From: Candidatus Aminicenantes bacterium
GTDB lineage: Bacteria; Acidobacteriota; Aminicenantia; Aminicenantales; Saccharicenantaceae
Reading direction: 5' to 3'
Assembly (NCBI GenBank): GCA_017999365.1
Contig: JAGNLW010000001.1
Span: forward strand, 130,239-194,238
Length of the DNA: 64,000 bases
Shown here: positions 36,312 to 45,427 of the stretch, in pieces
How the letters are laid out: each line of letters begins with the position of its first letter
How positions within the stretch are numbered: position 1 is the first letter of the stretch
The notes under the pieces: model-generated
What the model was told of the DNA's origin: nothing
Databases searched by the model: none
The model's input: the letters and a program-made list of their open reading frames with translations, nothing else
Made by a program: the position numbers and the translations under genes

Positions 36312-37991
36312 ATGGCTCAGGGTATGACCACCAACGGTTGGATTTTCTTCGCGCTCGGCTGGGGCACGATCATCGCCCTGGCCCTGTACTGCTTCCGCCG
36401 CGTCTTGTTCGGCAAAAAACCCGAGATCGTCGTCGAGGCCGGCGGCCGCGAGCAATGGGGCTCGCGGGTCGGGCTCATCCTGGCCGTGGCCGGCAACGCC
36501 ATCGGCCTGGGCAACTTCCTGCGTTTCCCGGTCAAGGCGGCCGCCAACGGCGGCGGCGCCTTCATGATCCCCTACTTCGTGGCCTTCCTGCTGCTCGGCA
36601 TCCCCATGATGTGGGTCGAGTGGACGATCGGCCGTATGGGCGGGGCCCACGGCCACGGCACGACGCCGGGCATGCTCAACCTGCTCTGGAAGAAAGCGCC
36701 TTCGAAGTACCTCGGCGCGCTGGGCATCGTCATCCCCTTCGTCATCGTCATCTACTACAATTTCATCGAGTCGTGGTGCCTGGGCTTCTCCTGGTTCTCG
36801 ATCACCGGCAAGTATTTCGGCCACGCCAACCGCGAGGCCATGGGACAGTTCCTACGCGGCTTCCAGGGAGTCGAGTCGAACGAATTCTTCAGCTCCATGG
36901 CCCCCATCCTCATCTTCTGGGGCATCACCATCGCCATGAACTTCTTCTTTCTCTACAAGGGCATCTCCCGAGGCATCGAGGTCCTGGCCAAGTACGGCAT
37001 GCCCTTGCTCTTCGTCTTCGGCATCGTTCTCGTCGTCCGCGTCCTGACCCTGGGCACGCCCGATCCGTCGACGCCGGAGCTCAACATCGGGGCCGGACTG
37101 GGCTATATCTGGAACCCCGACTTCAGCCGCCTGGGGTCGGCCACGGTCTGGCTGGTCGCGGCCGGGCAGATCTTCTTCACCCTGAGCCTGGGCCAGGGCA
37201 TCATCAACACCTACGCGTCCTACGTCCGCGAGAAGCAGGACATCACCCTCAACGGCATCACGACCGCCTCGACCAACGAGTTCGCGGAGGTCGTGCTCGG
37301 CGGCACCATCGCCATCCCGGCCGCCATCGTCTTCTTCGGCCTGGCCGAGACCCAGGCCATCGCCCAGGGCGGCGCCTTCAACCTGGGCTTCCAGGCCCTG
37401 CCGGTCATCTTCCAGAAGATCCCGCTCGGCCAGATCTTCGGCGGCATGTTCTTCTTCCTTCTCTTCATCGCCGGCATCACCTCGTCCGTGGCCATGACCC
37501 AGCCGGCCATCGCCTTCCTCCAGGACGAGTTCAAATGGAAGCGCGAGAAGGCCGTCGTGGTCGTGTTCTCCGTGCTGGTCACGATGACGGCCATGGTCAT
37601 CGCCTTCTTCCGGTTCGGCTTCCTCGACGAGCTCGACTTCTGGGCCGGCACCTTCGGCCTGGTCGTCTTCGCGGCCATCGAGATCGTCCTGTTCTCCTGG
37701 GTCTTCGGTCTCAAGAAGGGCTGGGCCGAGATGCACAAGGGAGCCGACCTCAAAGTGCCGCGCGTCTTCCGCTTCATCCTGACCTACATCACGCCCATCT
37801 ACCTGCTGGTCATGCTGGCCATCTGGACCTACCAGGACGCGGTCAAAGCCTTCCTGATGAAGGACAAGCCAGAGGCCGACAAACCCTACCTGTGGGGCGC
37901 CCGGGTCATGATCGCCGCCCTGCTCCTGGCCATGTGCTTGCTCATCCGCAAGGCCTGGAACCGGAAAAAAGCCGAGCCGCAGGCGTCATGA
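36312..37991 (+). CDS. Neurotransmitter:sodium symporter (NSS/SNF) family transporter
   Basis: GNAIGLGNFLRFP is the NSS signature (GNxVGLGNxWRFP). 559 aa, 12 TM. Confidence 0.9.
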   Translation: MAQGMTTNGWIFFALGWGTIIALALYCFRRVLFGKKPEIVVEAGGREQWGSRVGLILAVAGNAIGLGNFLRFPVKAAANGGGAFMIPYFVAFLLLGIPMMWVEWTIGRMGGAHGHGTTPGMLNLLWKKAPSKYLGALGIVIPFVIVIYYNFIESWCLGFSWFSITGKYFGHANREAMGQFLRGFQGVESNEFFSSMAPILIFWGITIAMNFFFLYKGISRGIEVLAKYGMPLLFVFGIVLVVRVLTLGTPDPSTPELNIGAGLGYIWNPDFSRLGSATVWLVAAGQIFFTLSLGQGIINTYASYVREKQDITLNGITTASTNEFAEVVLGGTIAIPAAIVFFGLAETQAIAQGGAFNLGFQALPVIFQKIPLGQIFGGMFFFLLFIAGITSSVAMTQPAIAFLQDEFKWKREKAVVVVFSVLVTMTAMVIAFFRFGFLDELDFWAGTFGLVVFAAIEIVLFSWVFGLKKGWAEMHKGADLKVPRVFRFILTYITPIYLLVMLAIWTYQDAVKAFLMKDKPEADKPYLWGARVMIAALLLAMCLLIRKAWNRKKAEPQAS

Positions 37992-38326
37992 AGAAGGCCG
38001 ACGCGTTCACCTGCCCCGCGCCGGCCAAGCGGAAGAAGGGGGGCGGCCACCCGTTCATGCGCGCCCTGCTCTTCGGCGCGGGCGTGCCCAGCCTTCTTCT
38101 CTGGGCCTGGTTCGTCGCCACGGACCTGGCCCCGGGACTGGCCGACTTCCTATTCGGCCTGACAGCCCTGTGGATGCTGTTCGTCCGCCTGTTCGAGGCC
38201 AGCGGCATCACCGACGGGTCCGCCCCGCCCGGGAAGGCCGAGCGCCGGCGTGTCGTGGTGTTCACGGCCGCGCTGACGGCGGGCGCGGCCGGGCTCTACG
38301 CCCTGGCCAAGTTCGTCGGCCTGTGA
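37988..38326 (+). CDS. Small membrane protein translationally coupled to the NSS transporter
   Basis: ATG 37988 overlaps the NSS stop (ATGA). 112 aa with 3 predicted TM helices. It is the tail of artefactual ORF 36242..38326. Confidence 0.5.
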   Translation: MKKADAFTCPAPAKRKKGGGHPFMRALLFGAGVPSLLLWAWFVATDLAPGLADFLFGLTALWMLFVRLFEASGITDGSAPPGKAERRRVVVFTAALTAGAAGLYALAKFVGL

Positions 38327-38350
38327 ACTCGTCAGCCCGCCGGTCGCGGC

Positions 38351-39276
38351 TCAGCGCTTCTTCGGCCGGAAGACGATGCCCATCGGCTTGAGGTAGTCCT
38401 CGAGCGGCGGCAGACCGAGCTCCTTGCGCCATTCGTCCACGCGGGCCTCGTCCTCGAGGGGGTAGAGCTCTTCCTTCTTGGTCAGCTCGTTGTACCTCGT
38501 GTGCGTGCCGTATCTCTGCGGCTGGTTGTCGTTATACAGGCCCCGGTCGCAGACGGCGGCGTATCGCTCCCAGGGGAGTTCCCCCGCCTCGCAGACCGTC
38601 TTGATATCGGCCAGATACGTCTTCTGGGCCCCGTCGCTCGAGTGCATCACGACCAGGAAAGCGGCCATGGTTGCCTCGCGCCCCACCGCCGCCACCCGGG
38701 GCCAGCCCTTCTCGGCGATCAGTTCCTCGAGCTCGGCCTGGCTCCGCTGCTGGACCATGAACTTGAACGGCCACAAGGCCTCGACGACCGAGGACCGCAT
38801 GCCGATCCTGCGGCCGGCGATGCCGACCTCCTCGAAGAAGGCCTGATCCCAGGCCCGGAGCCTCCACAGGGCTTTGGCGTACTCGACGTCCCCGAAGGTT
38901 TTGCCGGACTTGGCGGCGAGCGCGGCCAAGAGCCCATCCTCGAACGCGCCCCAGCGCCGGTCTCCCCGGGCCGTCACGAGATCGCCGTCGGTCAGGATCT
39001 CCAGCGAAGGCGCCAGCTCCGCGGCCTGAGCGAGGTATTTGAAGCATTCGTCCATCCTCTTGTTGATGGACAGGGCCCGGGCCAGGCCGAGAATGGCACC
39101 CGCGTCCTTGGGATCCTGGAGCAGGTCCTTCCGGTATTCCTCGATGGCCCCCGGGATATCGCCTTCGGCAGCCGCTCGCCGGGGCTGCCCCCTGCCTGCG
39201 GAAGGGGCGGTTGCGCCAGGGCCCCGCCGAGGATCGCCAGGAAGACCACTATGGACAAACCGCCGCGCATGATCAT
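38351..39276 (-). pseudogene. Secreted TPR-like protein. The signal peptide (39276 downward) and the body (ORF 38351..39055, extended upstream) are in different frames, so there is an apparent 1-nt indel near 39150-39175.
   Basis: Minus-strand ATG 39276 gives MIMRGGLSIVVFLAILGGALAQPPLPQAGGSPGERLPKA. The frame of MDECFKYL... extended upstream reads EGDIPGAIEEYRKDLLQDPKDAGAILGLARALSINKR (TPR-like). The two frames meet near ccgaaggcgatatc. Confidence 0.5.
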
Positions 39277-39396
39277 ATCGGCTCCTCTCCTAGTGATTTC
39301 GCCGCAGGAGCGGTCCGCGTTTATCGTCACATGGGGAATGGCGATATGGCGGCGTTCTTTGCACGGACGGGGATGGCCGGCCCCGCCGCCGGACAG

Positions 39397-41049
39397 TTAA
39401 CGAGGCGTGACGGGTCGACGAGTGGCGTTGGTCCCGCAATGGACCTCGCCGCCGTACCGATGGTAGGGGGAGAAGTCGTCGATGACCGCGATCCTGCAGC
39501 CGAGCGGCTCCAACCGGTCCTTGACGGCCCGCAGCAGCACGTCCGTTCCCCCGACGAGCGGCCCGTGGGGATCGGGGACGATCAGGGTCTTGCCGACCTG
39601 GAGAGAATTGACCATGTTGGCCGTCAAGGCGCCGTAACGGCCCTCGAAGCGGCCGGGCCAGGTCTCGAACAGGACGGGGATCTCGACGATATCCGCGTCG
39701 TCGATGCCGAGCTCGGCCTGGAGCGTCCGGCGCACCGCATCGATCTTCTTCTGGACGAAGGCCTGGTCGGCCCGGACCTTCGGGTCCTTCAGGACCGTCG
39801 CGACCGGCGCATCGAGGTATTCCCCTTTCTCGCTGTCCGGGCGCCGGGTCCCCCGGTTCAGGATGCCGCCCGGAGCCGCCCGCTCCGCGTCGCGGAGAAG
39901 CTCCAGGGCCAGGCGGGGCGAAGGCAAGAGCATCCGAAAGGGGCGCCCGACGTCGGACGGGACCCACGACACGGTTTCGTCGACGTGGCCGATGACGAGC
40001 CACGACGTATCGAGCCACAGCACGGGAGCCTGCGCCCCCTGGGCCTCGAGGAAAGCGATGACCTCGGGATGCATGGACCGGGCCCCTTGGGTTCCCGCGT
40101 AGACGCGGCCGAAAGGAAAAGCGCGATCCCCGACCGTGACCGGAGGGCTGACCTCGAGATTGCCGTACCAATCGATCCATTCCGCCGACCGGCCCCGATC
40201 GCTCCCCGGATGGATGACCGCGGAATCGGGGCCGAGAAAGGACTCGGCGAATAACCCGTCCAGCTCATGTCCCCGATTCCCGTGGAGAGCGACAGGGATC
40301 GCCCTCCGTCCATCGCCCGCCCAACCGATCTCCGTGGCGTCCTGGATCCAGATGTCGTGCTCGGGCAGGTCCGGCCGTTCGAAGGCCAGGAGCCGCGCCC
40401 CGGCCGCTTCGACGAGCGGCTTCAGCTCTTCGACGAAGCGTTCGGTCAGCTTCGTCCGCACGACATGAACGGCGTCCGCCGGATCGAGGCAACTGGACAT
40501 CAGGAACGGCGCCAGGGCGACCGCCACAACCCGATGCGCGATCGGCCGTCCTTCCCGGGTCTCGAAACGGAAGCCGACCTCGAACTCGCGGGGACGATCC
40601 CGTCCGGCGAAATCCCCCGCTTCGATGGCGATCTCGACGCTCCCTTCCCGGCATTCTTCGGCCTTGAGCTGAAGGGCGTCCGCGACGGGCCGAAAGCAAC
40701 CGCCCTTCGGATCGAGATGCAGGACCCTGAGGGAGCGCACCCAGGAGGACGGCACTTCGGGCTTAAGGACCGATCCTTCAGGGAGAGACCGACCGGAGAC
40801 GATCCGTGTTCTCACGAGTTCGTTCTCGATAGCCGCATCGAGGGAATCCGCCCGGCAGTCGGGACGTCCGTCCCCGTCGTCGTCGTCGACGTTCGGGATG
40901 ATGGCCCGGGTCTCCCTGAGCCTCTCATTCTGGCCAGACCCGCCGGTCCTGGCCCCGGAAACGATCGTCCCCCTCAGGATGAACGCGGCCAAGAGCACCG
41001 TTCCGAGACATAAGGCCGTCAACCGGGGCAAGTCATGCCTGTCGCTCAT
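39397..41049 (-). CDS. Protein-arginine deiminase (PAD, eukaryote-type catalytic domain) homolog, secreted or membrane-anchored
   Basis: C-terminal ...YGGEVHCGTNATRRP matches the PAD catalytic-Cys region (human PAD4 ...GEVHCGTNVRRKP...). The N-terminus has a signal/TM anchor. 550 aa. Confidence 0.65.
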   Translation of the reverse strand: MSDRHDLPRLTALCLGTVLLAAFILRGTIVSGARTGGSGQNERLRETRAIIPNVDDDDGDGRPDCRADSLDAAIENELVRTRIVSGRSLPEGSVLKPEVPSSWVRSLRVLHLDPKGGCFRPVADALQLKAEECREGSVEIAIEAGDFAGRDRPREFEVGFRFETREGRPIAHRVVAVALAPFLMSSCLDPADAVHVVRTKLTERFVEELKPLVEAAGARLLAFERPDLPEHDIWIQDATEIGWAGDGRRAIPVALHGNRGHELDGLFAESFLGPDSAVIHPGSDRGRSAEWIDWYGNLEVSPPVTVGDRAFPFGRVYAGTQGARSMHPEVIAFLEAQGAQAPVLWLDTSWLVIGHVDETVSWVPSDVGRPFRMLLPSPRLALELLRDAERAAPGGILNRGTRRPDSEKGEYLDAPVATVLKDPKVRADQAFVQKKIDAVRRTLQAELGIDDADIVEIPVLFETWPGRFEGRYGALTANMVNSLQVGKTLIVPDPHGPLVGGTDVLLRAVKDRLEPLGCRIAVIDDFSPYHRYGGEVHCGTNATRRPVTPR

Positions 41050-41170
41050 GGAGGCACGTTAACATAGCCCACCTGTGGAATCAACGCGGCCGGCGGCCGC
41101 ACGGGAAGTTCCCCATGACCCGGATCGCCTTGACACATGTTCCCCGAGAGACTACCATCACTCCGCCCTC

Positions 41171-41265
41171 GGGAGGGTGAAGGATCCGGTGATCCTTCCG
41201 GACTTCAAATCCGGTATGGGGCTATAAACGTCCCGGATGGGTTCGACTCCCATACCTTCCCGCCA
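41171..41265 (+). tRNA. selC: tRNA-Sec (anticodon UCA)
   Basis: 95 nt. 8-bp acceptor stem GGGAGGGU/ACCUUCCC (one G-U), 6-bp D-stem AGGAUC/GAUCCU with 4-nt loop, anticodon stem CCGGA/UCCGG with loop CUUCAAA (UCA), long variable arm GGGGC-UAUAAAC-GUCCC, 5-bp T-stem AUGGG/CCCAU with loop UUCGACU, discriminator G and an encoded CCA. This is the bacterial 8/5 tRNA-Sec architecture. Confidence 0.85.
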
Positions 41266-41338
41266 CTCCCCTTCCCGCCGAGCCCTTGACAACCCCGGCC
41301 ATCGGATTATCCTTATCTGCGGGGATCGGTAAGAAACC

Positions 41339-42997
41339 ATGGCGCGGAGCCGAACTGCGTTCCTCCTGCTCGCATTGACGGCGGTCCTCGGATCGTGCGG
41401 AGCCGAGGCCCCCGCCGAGATCACCGTATCCGTCATCCCGGATGCGGCCGTGGTCTATCCTTTCTACTCGAGACAGTTTCGGGCCTACGTCCGTAATTCG
41501 ACGGACAACAACGTCACCTGGAGCGTGTCCGGAACGGGCCGCTGCGGCACGATCAACGAGACCGGCCGTTACACCGCTCCTCCGAGCGTCCCCAATCCGG
41601 CCCGGGTGATGGTCACGGCGACTTCCGTCGAGGACCCGACCAAGTCGGCCTCCGCCGCGGTCGAACTTGTCTACGGCCCCGACGATCCCAACCAATGGAC
41701 ATGGGTCAACGGCAGCGACCAGGTCGACGAGCGCGGCGACTATGGGACGAAAGGTGTTTCCGCCGCTGCCAACGCGCCGGGAGCCCGACAGTCCGCCCTC
41801 TCTTGGAGCGGCCCGTCCGGCACGCTTTGGCTGTTCGGAGGCTTCGGCTATTCCCACGACGTCGGCATCCTCAACGACCTGTGGAATTACGATCCCGCGA
41901 TCGACCAATGGACCTGGATCTCGGGCGGCGATCATCCCGACCAGGTCGGCGTGTATGGGACGAAAGGGACCCCGAACGCCGCGAACGTCCCCGGGAGCCG
42001 GGAGTGGTCCGCCTCCTGGATCGACGCCGTCGGCCGGCTCTGGCTCTTCGGCGGCGAAGCCTACGATGCGGACGGGAACCTCGGCACGATCAACGATCTG
42101 TGGCGGTTCGATCCGAGCGCCGGCGCGTGGACCTGGATCTCCGGCAGCGACCGATGCTGGGAGTCCGGGATCTACGGCGCCAAAGGCGTGGCGGACCCCG
42201 CGAACATGCCGGGAGGTCGACGGGGGCATGTCTCCTGGATCGACCCGGAGGGCGCGCTCTGGCTCTTCGGCGGTAAGGGCTTCGATACTACCCCCGAACA
42301 GCTCTTCGGCTCTTTCAACGATCTTTGGAAATTCGACCCGAGCACCCTTCTTTGGACTTGGATGTCGGGGACGGACGACATCGAACGGCCTGGGACCTAC
42401 GGCGTCAAGAGGGTCCCCGATCCGGCGAACGTCCCGGGAGGACGGGAGGGGGCCTCGAGCTGGACCGATGCGGAGGGGAACCTTTGGCTCTTCGGCGGGT
42501 CCGGCTGCGATGCGACCGGAGGCGTCGAGGCGCTCAACGATCTCTGGAAGTTCGACCGCGTCCTGGGACAGTGGACATGGATGTCGGGGAGCGACCTCGG
42601 CGATTCGTACGGCACCTATGGCGCCCTCGGCGCGCCGGCGCCAACGAACGTCCCCGGGGCCCGCACCGGGGCCGTGGCCTGGACCGACCGCCTGGGAAGG
42701 CTCTGGCTCTTCGGCGGTTACGGATTCGCCGCGGCCGGCTACGGCCGCGAGCTCAACGATCTCTGGCGGTTCGATCCTTCGACCCTCGAATGGACCTGGA
42801 TCTCGGGCAGCGACCAGCCCGAACCGCGCGGCATCTACACCGAGCGCCATATCGTCGAGTACATCGACGCTCCCGGGGGCCGCTATCATGCCGTCTCCTG
42901 GCTCGGCCCCCGCGGAGACCTCTGGCTCTTCGGCGGCCGGGGCTACGACGCCGACCGCGGCGGCCATCTCAACGACCTCTGGCGATTTCAATTCTGA
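41339..42997 (+). CDS. Kelch-repeat (galactose-oxidase-type) beta-propeller lipoprotein with N-terminal Ig-like domain
   Basis: Lipoprotein signal ...VLGSCGA. Eight repeats of the pattern YGTKG-x5-ANVPG-R-x5-W-x-D-x2-G-x-LWLFGG-x-G-x-D...LNDLW-x-FDP. Confidence 0.85.
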   Translation: MARSRTAFLLLALTAVLGSCGAEAPAEITVSVIPDAAVVYPFYSRQFRAYVRNSTDNNVTWSVSGTGRCGTINETGRYTAPPSVPNPARVMVTATSVEDPTKSASAAVELVYGPDDPNQWTWVNGSDQVDERGDYGTKGVSAAANAPGARQSALSWSGPSGTLWLFGGFGYSHDVGILNDLWNYDPAIDQWTWISGGDHPDQVGVYGTKGTPNAANVPGSREWSASWIDAVGRLWLFGGEAYDADGNLGTINDLWRFDPSAGAWTWISGSDRCWESGIYGAKGVADPANMPGGRRGHVSWIDPEGALWLFGGKGFDTTPEQLFGSFNDLWKFDPSTLLWTWMSGTDDIERPGTYGVKRVPDPANVPGGREGASSWTDAEGNLWLFGGSGCDATGGVEALNDLWKFDRVLGQWTWMSGSDLGDSYGTYGALGAPAPTNVPGARTGAVAWTDRLGRLWLFGGYGFAAAGYGRELNDLWRFDPSTLEWTWISGSDQPEPRGIYTERHIVEYIDAPGGRYHAVSWLGPRGDLWLFGGRGYDADRGGHLNDLWRFQF

Positions 42998-43257
42998 TCC
43001 GGTGACCGTAGAGCCACGATGCACCCGACTTGACAACCTGTCCGTTCGGGATATGCTTGAACCCGGGGTTTCGGATAGGGATGCAAGTTCCTCGTTTGAT
43101 CCGGTTCATTCTTCTATCGACCGCCCAGGTCCTTTCGTCCGACATGTACTTCACCGTCGAGACCGAGGTCGCGTACTGAGCGGTCCGGTCGGTTGACTTC
43201 CCGGCGCATATCTGCGCATCATAGAAGCAGACGAGGAACGACACGGAGTGAGATGAC

Positions 43258-43848
43258 ATGACGCCCGCAACGAGGTCCGTCCGCGCCGCGCTCGCCGCGG
43301 CCTTCGCCCTGGCCGTCCTTCTCGCGCCCGCCGCGTCGGCCGAGGTCTTCAAGGCCCGCATGCTGACCGGCATGGCCCCCGTCGAACCGCCCATGGTCAA
43401 CGTCCAGATGGAGGTCACCGGCTGGACGACGCTCGAGGAGATCCGCCAGTTCCAGGACATCCTCGGCTCGGCCGGCATCGACGCCTTCCTGGCCGCCTTC
43501 AACCAGGCCGACAAGGGCACCGTCCGGTTCATGACCACGCGCGGCTGGAACCTGCCCATTCACGCGGCCGTGGTCGTGCCTGACGACAAAGGCGGCAAGG
43601 TTGTGCGGCTGTTCTTCAACCGCCAAAGCTGGAACCCGGGCTCCTACAAGCCGGTCGGGCGGCACTATTTCATGGCCATCGAGCTCAAGCTCAACGAGAA
43701 GGGCAAGGGCGAGGGCCGGTTCTACGAGGATGCCCAGCTCAAGCTGAACTCCCTCGCGGCGACCGTCGAGATCGAGACCTACGAGTCGGCCCCCAAGCTC
43801 TTCCCGCAGGTCCAGGAAGTGGTCAAGAAGGCCGACGCGAAGAAGTAG
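43258..43848 (+). CDS. Secreted hypothetical protein (196 aa)
   Basis: Signal peptide (...APAASAEV). Lys-rich native-like composition. It is the only long ORF in a lower-GC stretch. Confidence 0.6.
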   Translation: MTPATRSVRAALAAAFALAVLLAPAASAEVFKARMLTGMAPVEPPMVNVQMEVTGWTTLEEIRQFQDILGSAGIDAFLAAFNQADKGTVRFMTTRGWNLPIHAAVVVPDDKGGKVVRLFFNRQSWNPGSYKPVGRHYFMAIELKLNEKGKGEGRFYEDAQLKLNSLAATVEIETYESAPKLFPQVQEVVKKADAKK

Positions 43849-45427
43849 CGTAGAGATCGCCGCCCTTCCCGTCGTAGATGACGAAGGCGGGCAGGTCGCG
43901 GACGACGATCCTCCGGACGGCTTCCATCCCCAGGTCGGCGAAGTCGATCGTCTCGCTCGAGACGATGTGCTCCTTGGCGATGAGCGCGGCCGCGCCGCCG
44001 ATCGTGCCCAGGAACACCCCTCCCCCGGCCTTCAGCGCCTCGACGGCGGGAGCGGTCCGGTTGCCCTTGCCGATGGAGACGAGCGAGGCCCCGGCCTTCA
44101 GGAAGTCGGCCATATAGCCGTCCATACGCTGGGCCGTGGTCGGGCCGAAGCTGCCCGAGGGCATCCCCTTGGGCGTCTTGGCCGGGCCGGCGTAATAGAC
44201 GGGATGGTGCTTGAGGTAATCCGGCAGGTCGCCCGTCTCGCGGAGGATCTTCGCCAGCCGGGCGTGGGCGATGTCGCGGGCCACGACGAGCGGCCCCGAG
44301 AGGCGGACCATCGTGCCTACGGCCAGGCCCTTGAGCTTGGCCAGGATCACGGGCATGGGTTGGCCGAGATCGACGGTCACGGCCGCCGCCGGCCCGGCCG
44401 TCCGGGCACCCTCTAGGAACCGGCCCGGCCGCCGCTCAACCTCTTCCAGGAAGACGCCGTCGGCCGTGATCTTGCCGCGCAGGCCGCGGTCGGCGTTGCA
44501 GGAGACGCCCAGTCCGATCGGGCACGATCCGGCGTGGCGGGGCAGGCGGACGAAGCGCACTTCGTGGGCGAGATAGCGCCCGCCGAATTGCGCACCGAGC
44601 TCCGTCTCCCGAGCCAGGCGCATGACGCGCTCCTCCCAATCGAGGTCGCGGAAGGCGTCGCCGCGCCGGCCGCCTATCTTCGGCAGGCCGTCGAGGAAGC
44701 CGGCCGAGGCCAGCTTGACGGCTTTCAGGGTCGCCTCGGGCGACAGGCCGCCGACGACGACGGCGACGCGGTAGGGCGGGCAGGCGGCCACGCCGAGGGC
44801 ACGGATCTTCTCGGCCAAAAAGGCTTCGAGGGCCCCGTCCTCGAGCCGGGCCTTGGACTCCTGGAACAGGGCGATCTTGTTGGACGAGCCGCCGCCTTTG
44901 GCCAGGAAGAAGAACCGGTATTCGTCGCCGGGGACGGCCTGGAGCTCGATCTGGGCCGGCAGGTTCGTCCCGGTGTTGACCTCGTCCATGACCGTGAGCG
45001 GAGCCATGACGGAATAGCGCAGGTTGCGCGTCCGGTAGACGCGGGACGCGGCCGCCGCCAGGACGTCCTCGTCCCGGCCGTCGGTGACGACGCGGAAGCC
45101 CCGGCCGCCGAAAACCTGGATGGAGCCGGTGTCCTGGCAGAGCGGCAGGACGCCCTCGGCGGCGATGACGGCGTTACGCAGGACCGCCTCGGCCACGAAG
45201 CGGTCGTTGCCGGAGGCGTCAGGGGCGTCGAGGACGCGGCGCATGGCCGCCAGGAAGTCCGGCCGTAGGAAGAAGGCCAGGTCGGCGAAGGCCTCGCCGG
45301 CCAGGGCTTCGAGGGCGCCGTCGGCCACGCGCAGGGCCGGCCGGCCGCCGCAGGCGGCCTTGCGGACGCCCCGCGCCGCGAGCTTCCGGTACTTGACGCG
45401 ATCGCGTCCCAGGGCGAAGGCGTTCAT
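43823..45427 (-). CDS. Class I (Fe-S) fumarate hydratase-family hydro-lyase, fused alpha+beta. Probably acts as mesaconase/fumarase given its location.
   Basis: CQDTGS, one of the Fe-S cluster cysteine motifs of class I fumarases/tartrate dehydratases. 534 aa single-chain form. It sits at the end of the methylaspartate cluster. Confidence 0.85.
   Translation of the reverse strand: MNAFALGRDRVKYRKLAARGVRKAACGGRPALRVADGALEALAGEAFADLAFFLRPDFLAAMRRVLDAPDASGNDRFVAEAVLRNAVIAAEGVLPLCQDTGSIQVFGGRGFRVVTDGRDEDVLAAAASRVYRTRNLRYSVMAPLTVMDEVNTGTNLPAQIELQAVPGDEYRFFFLAKGGGSSNKIALFQESKARLEDGALEAFLAEKIRALGVAACPPYRVAVVVGGLSPEATLKAVKLASAGFLDGLPKIGGRRGDAFRDLDWEERVMRLARETELGAQFGGRYLAHEVRFVRLPRHAGSCPIGLGVSCNADRGLRGKITADGVFLEEVERRPGRFLEGARTAGPAAAVTVDLGQPMPVILAKLKGLAVGTMVRLSGPLVVARDIAHARLAKILRETGDLPDYLKHHPVYYAGPAKTPKGMPSGSFGPTTAQRMDGYMADFLKAGASLVSIGKGNRTAPAVEALKAGGGVFLGTIGGAAALIAKEHIVSSETIDFADLGMEAVRRIVVRDLPAFVIYDGKGGDLYATSSRRPS

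Noticed and set aside
41100-41170. TTGACA ... TACCAT promoter-like sequence immediately upstream of tRNA-Sec
   Set aside because: The putative -10 ends only 2-3 nt before the mature tRNA 5' end, which makes it geometrically implausible as the tRNA promoter. Left unannotated.
41158-41436. 92-aa minus-strand ORF from the track
   Set aside because: It overlaps the tRNA-Sec gene (41171-41265) on the opposite strand, so it is not coding.
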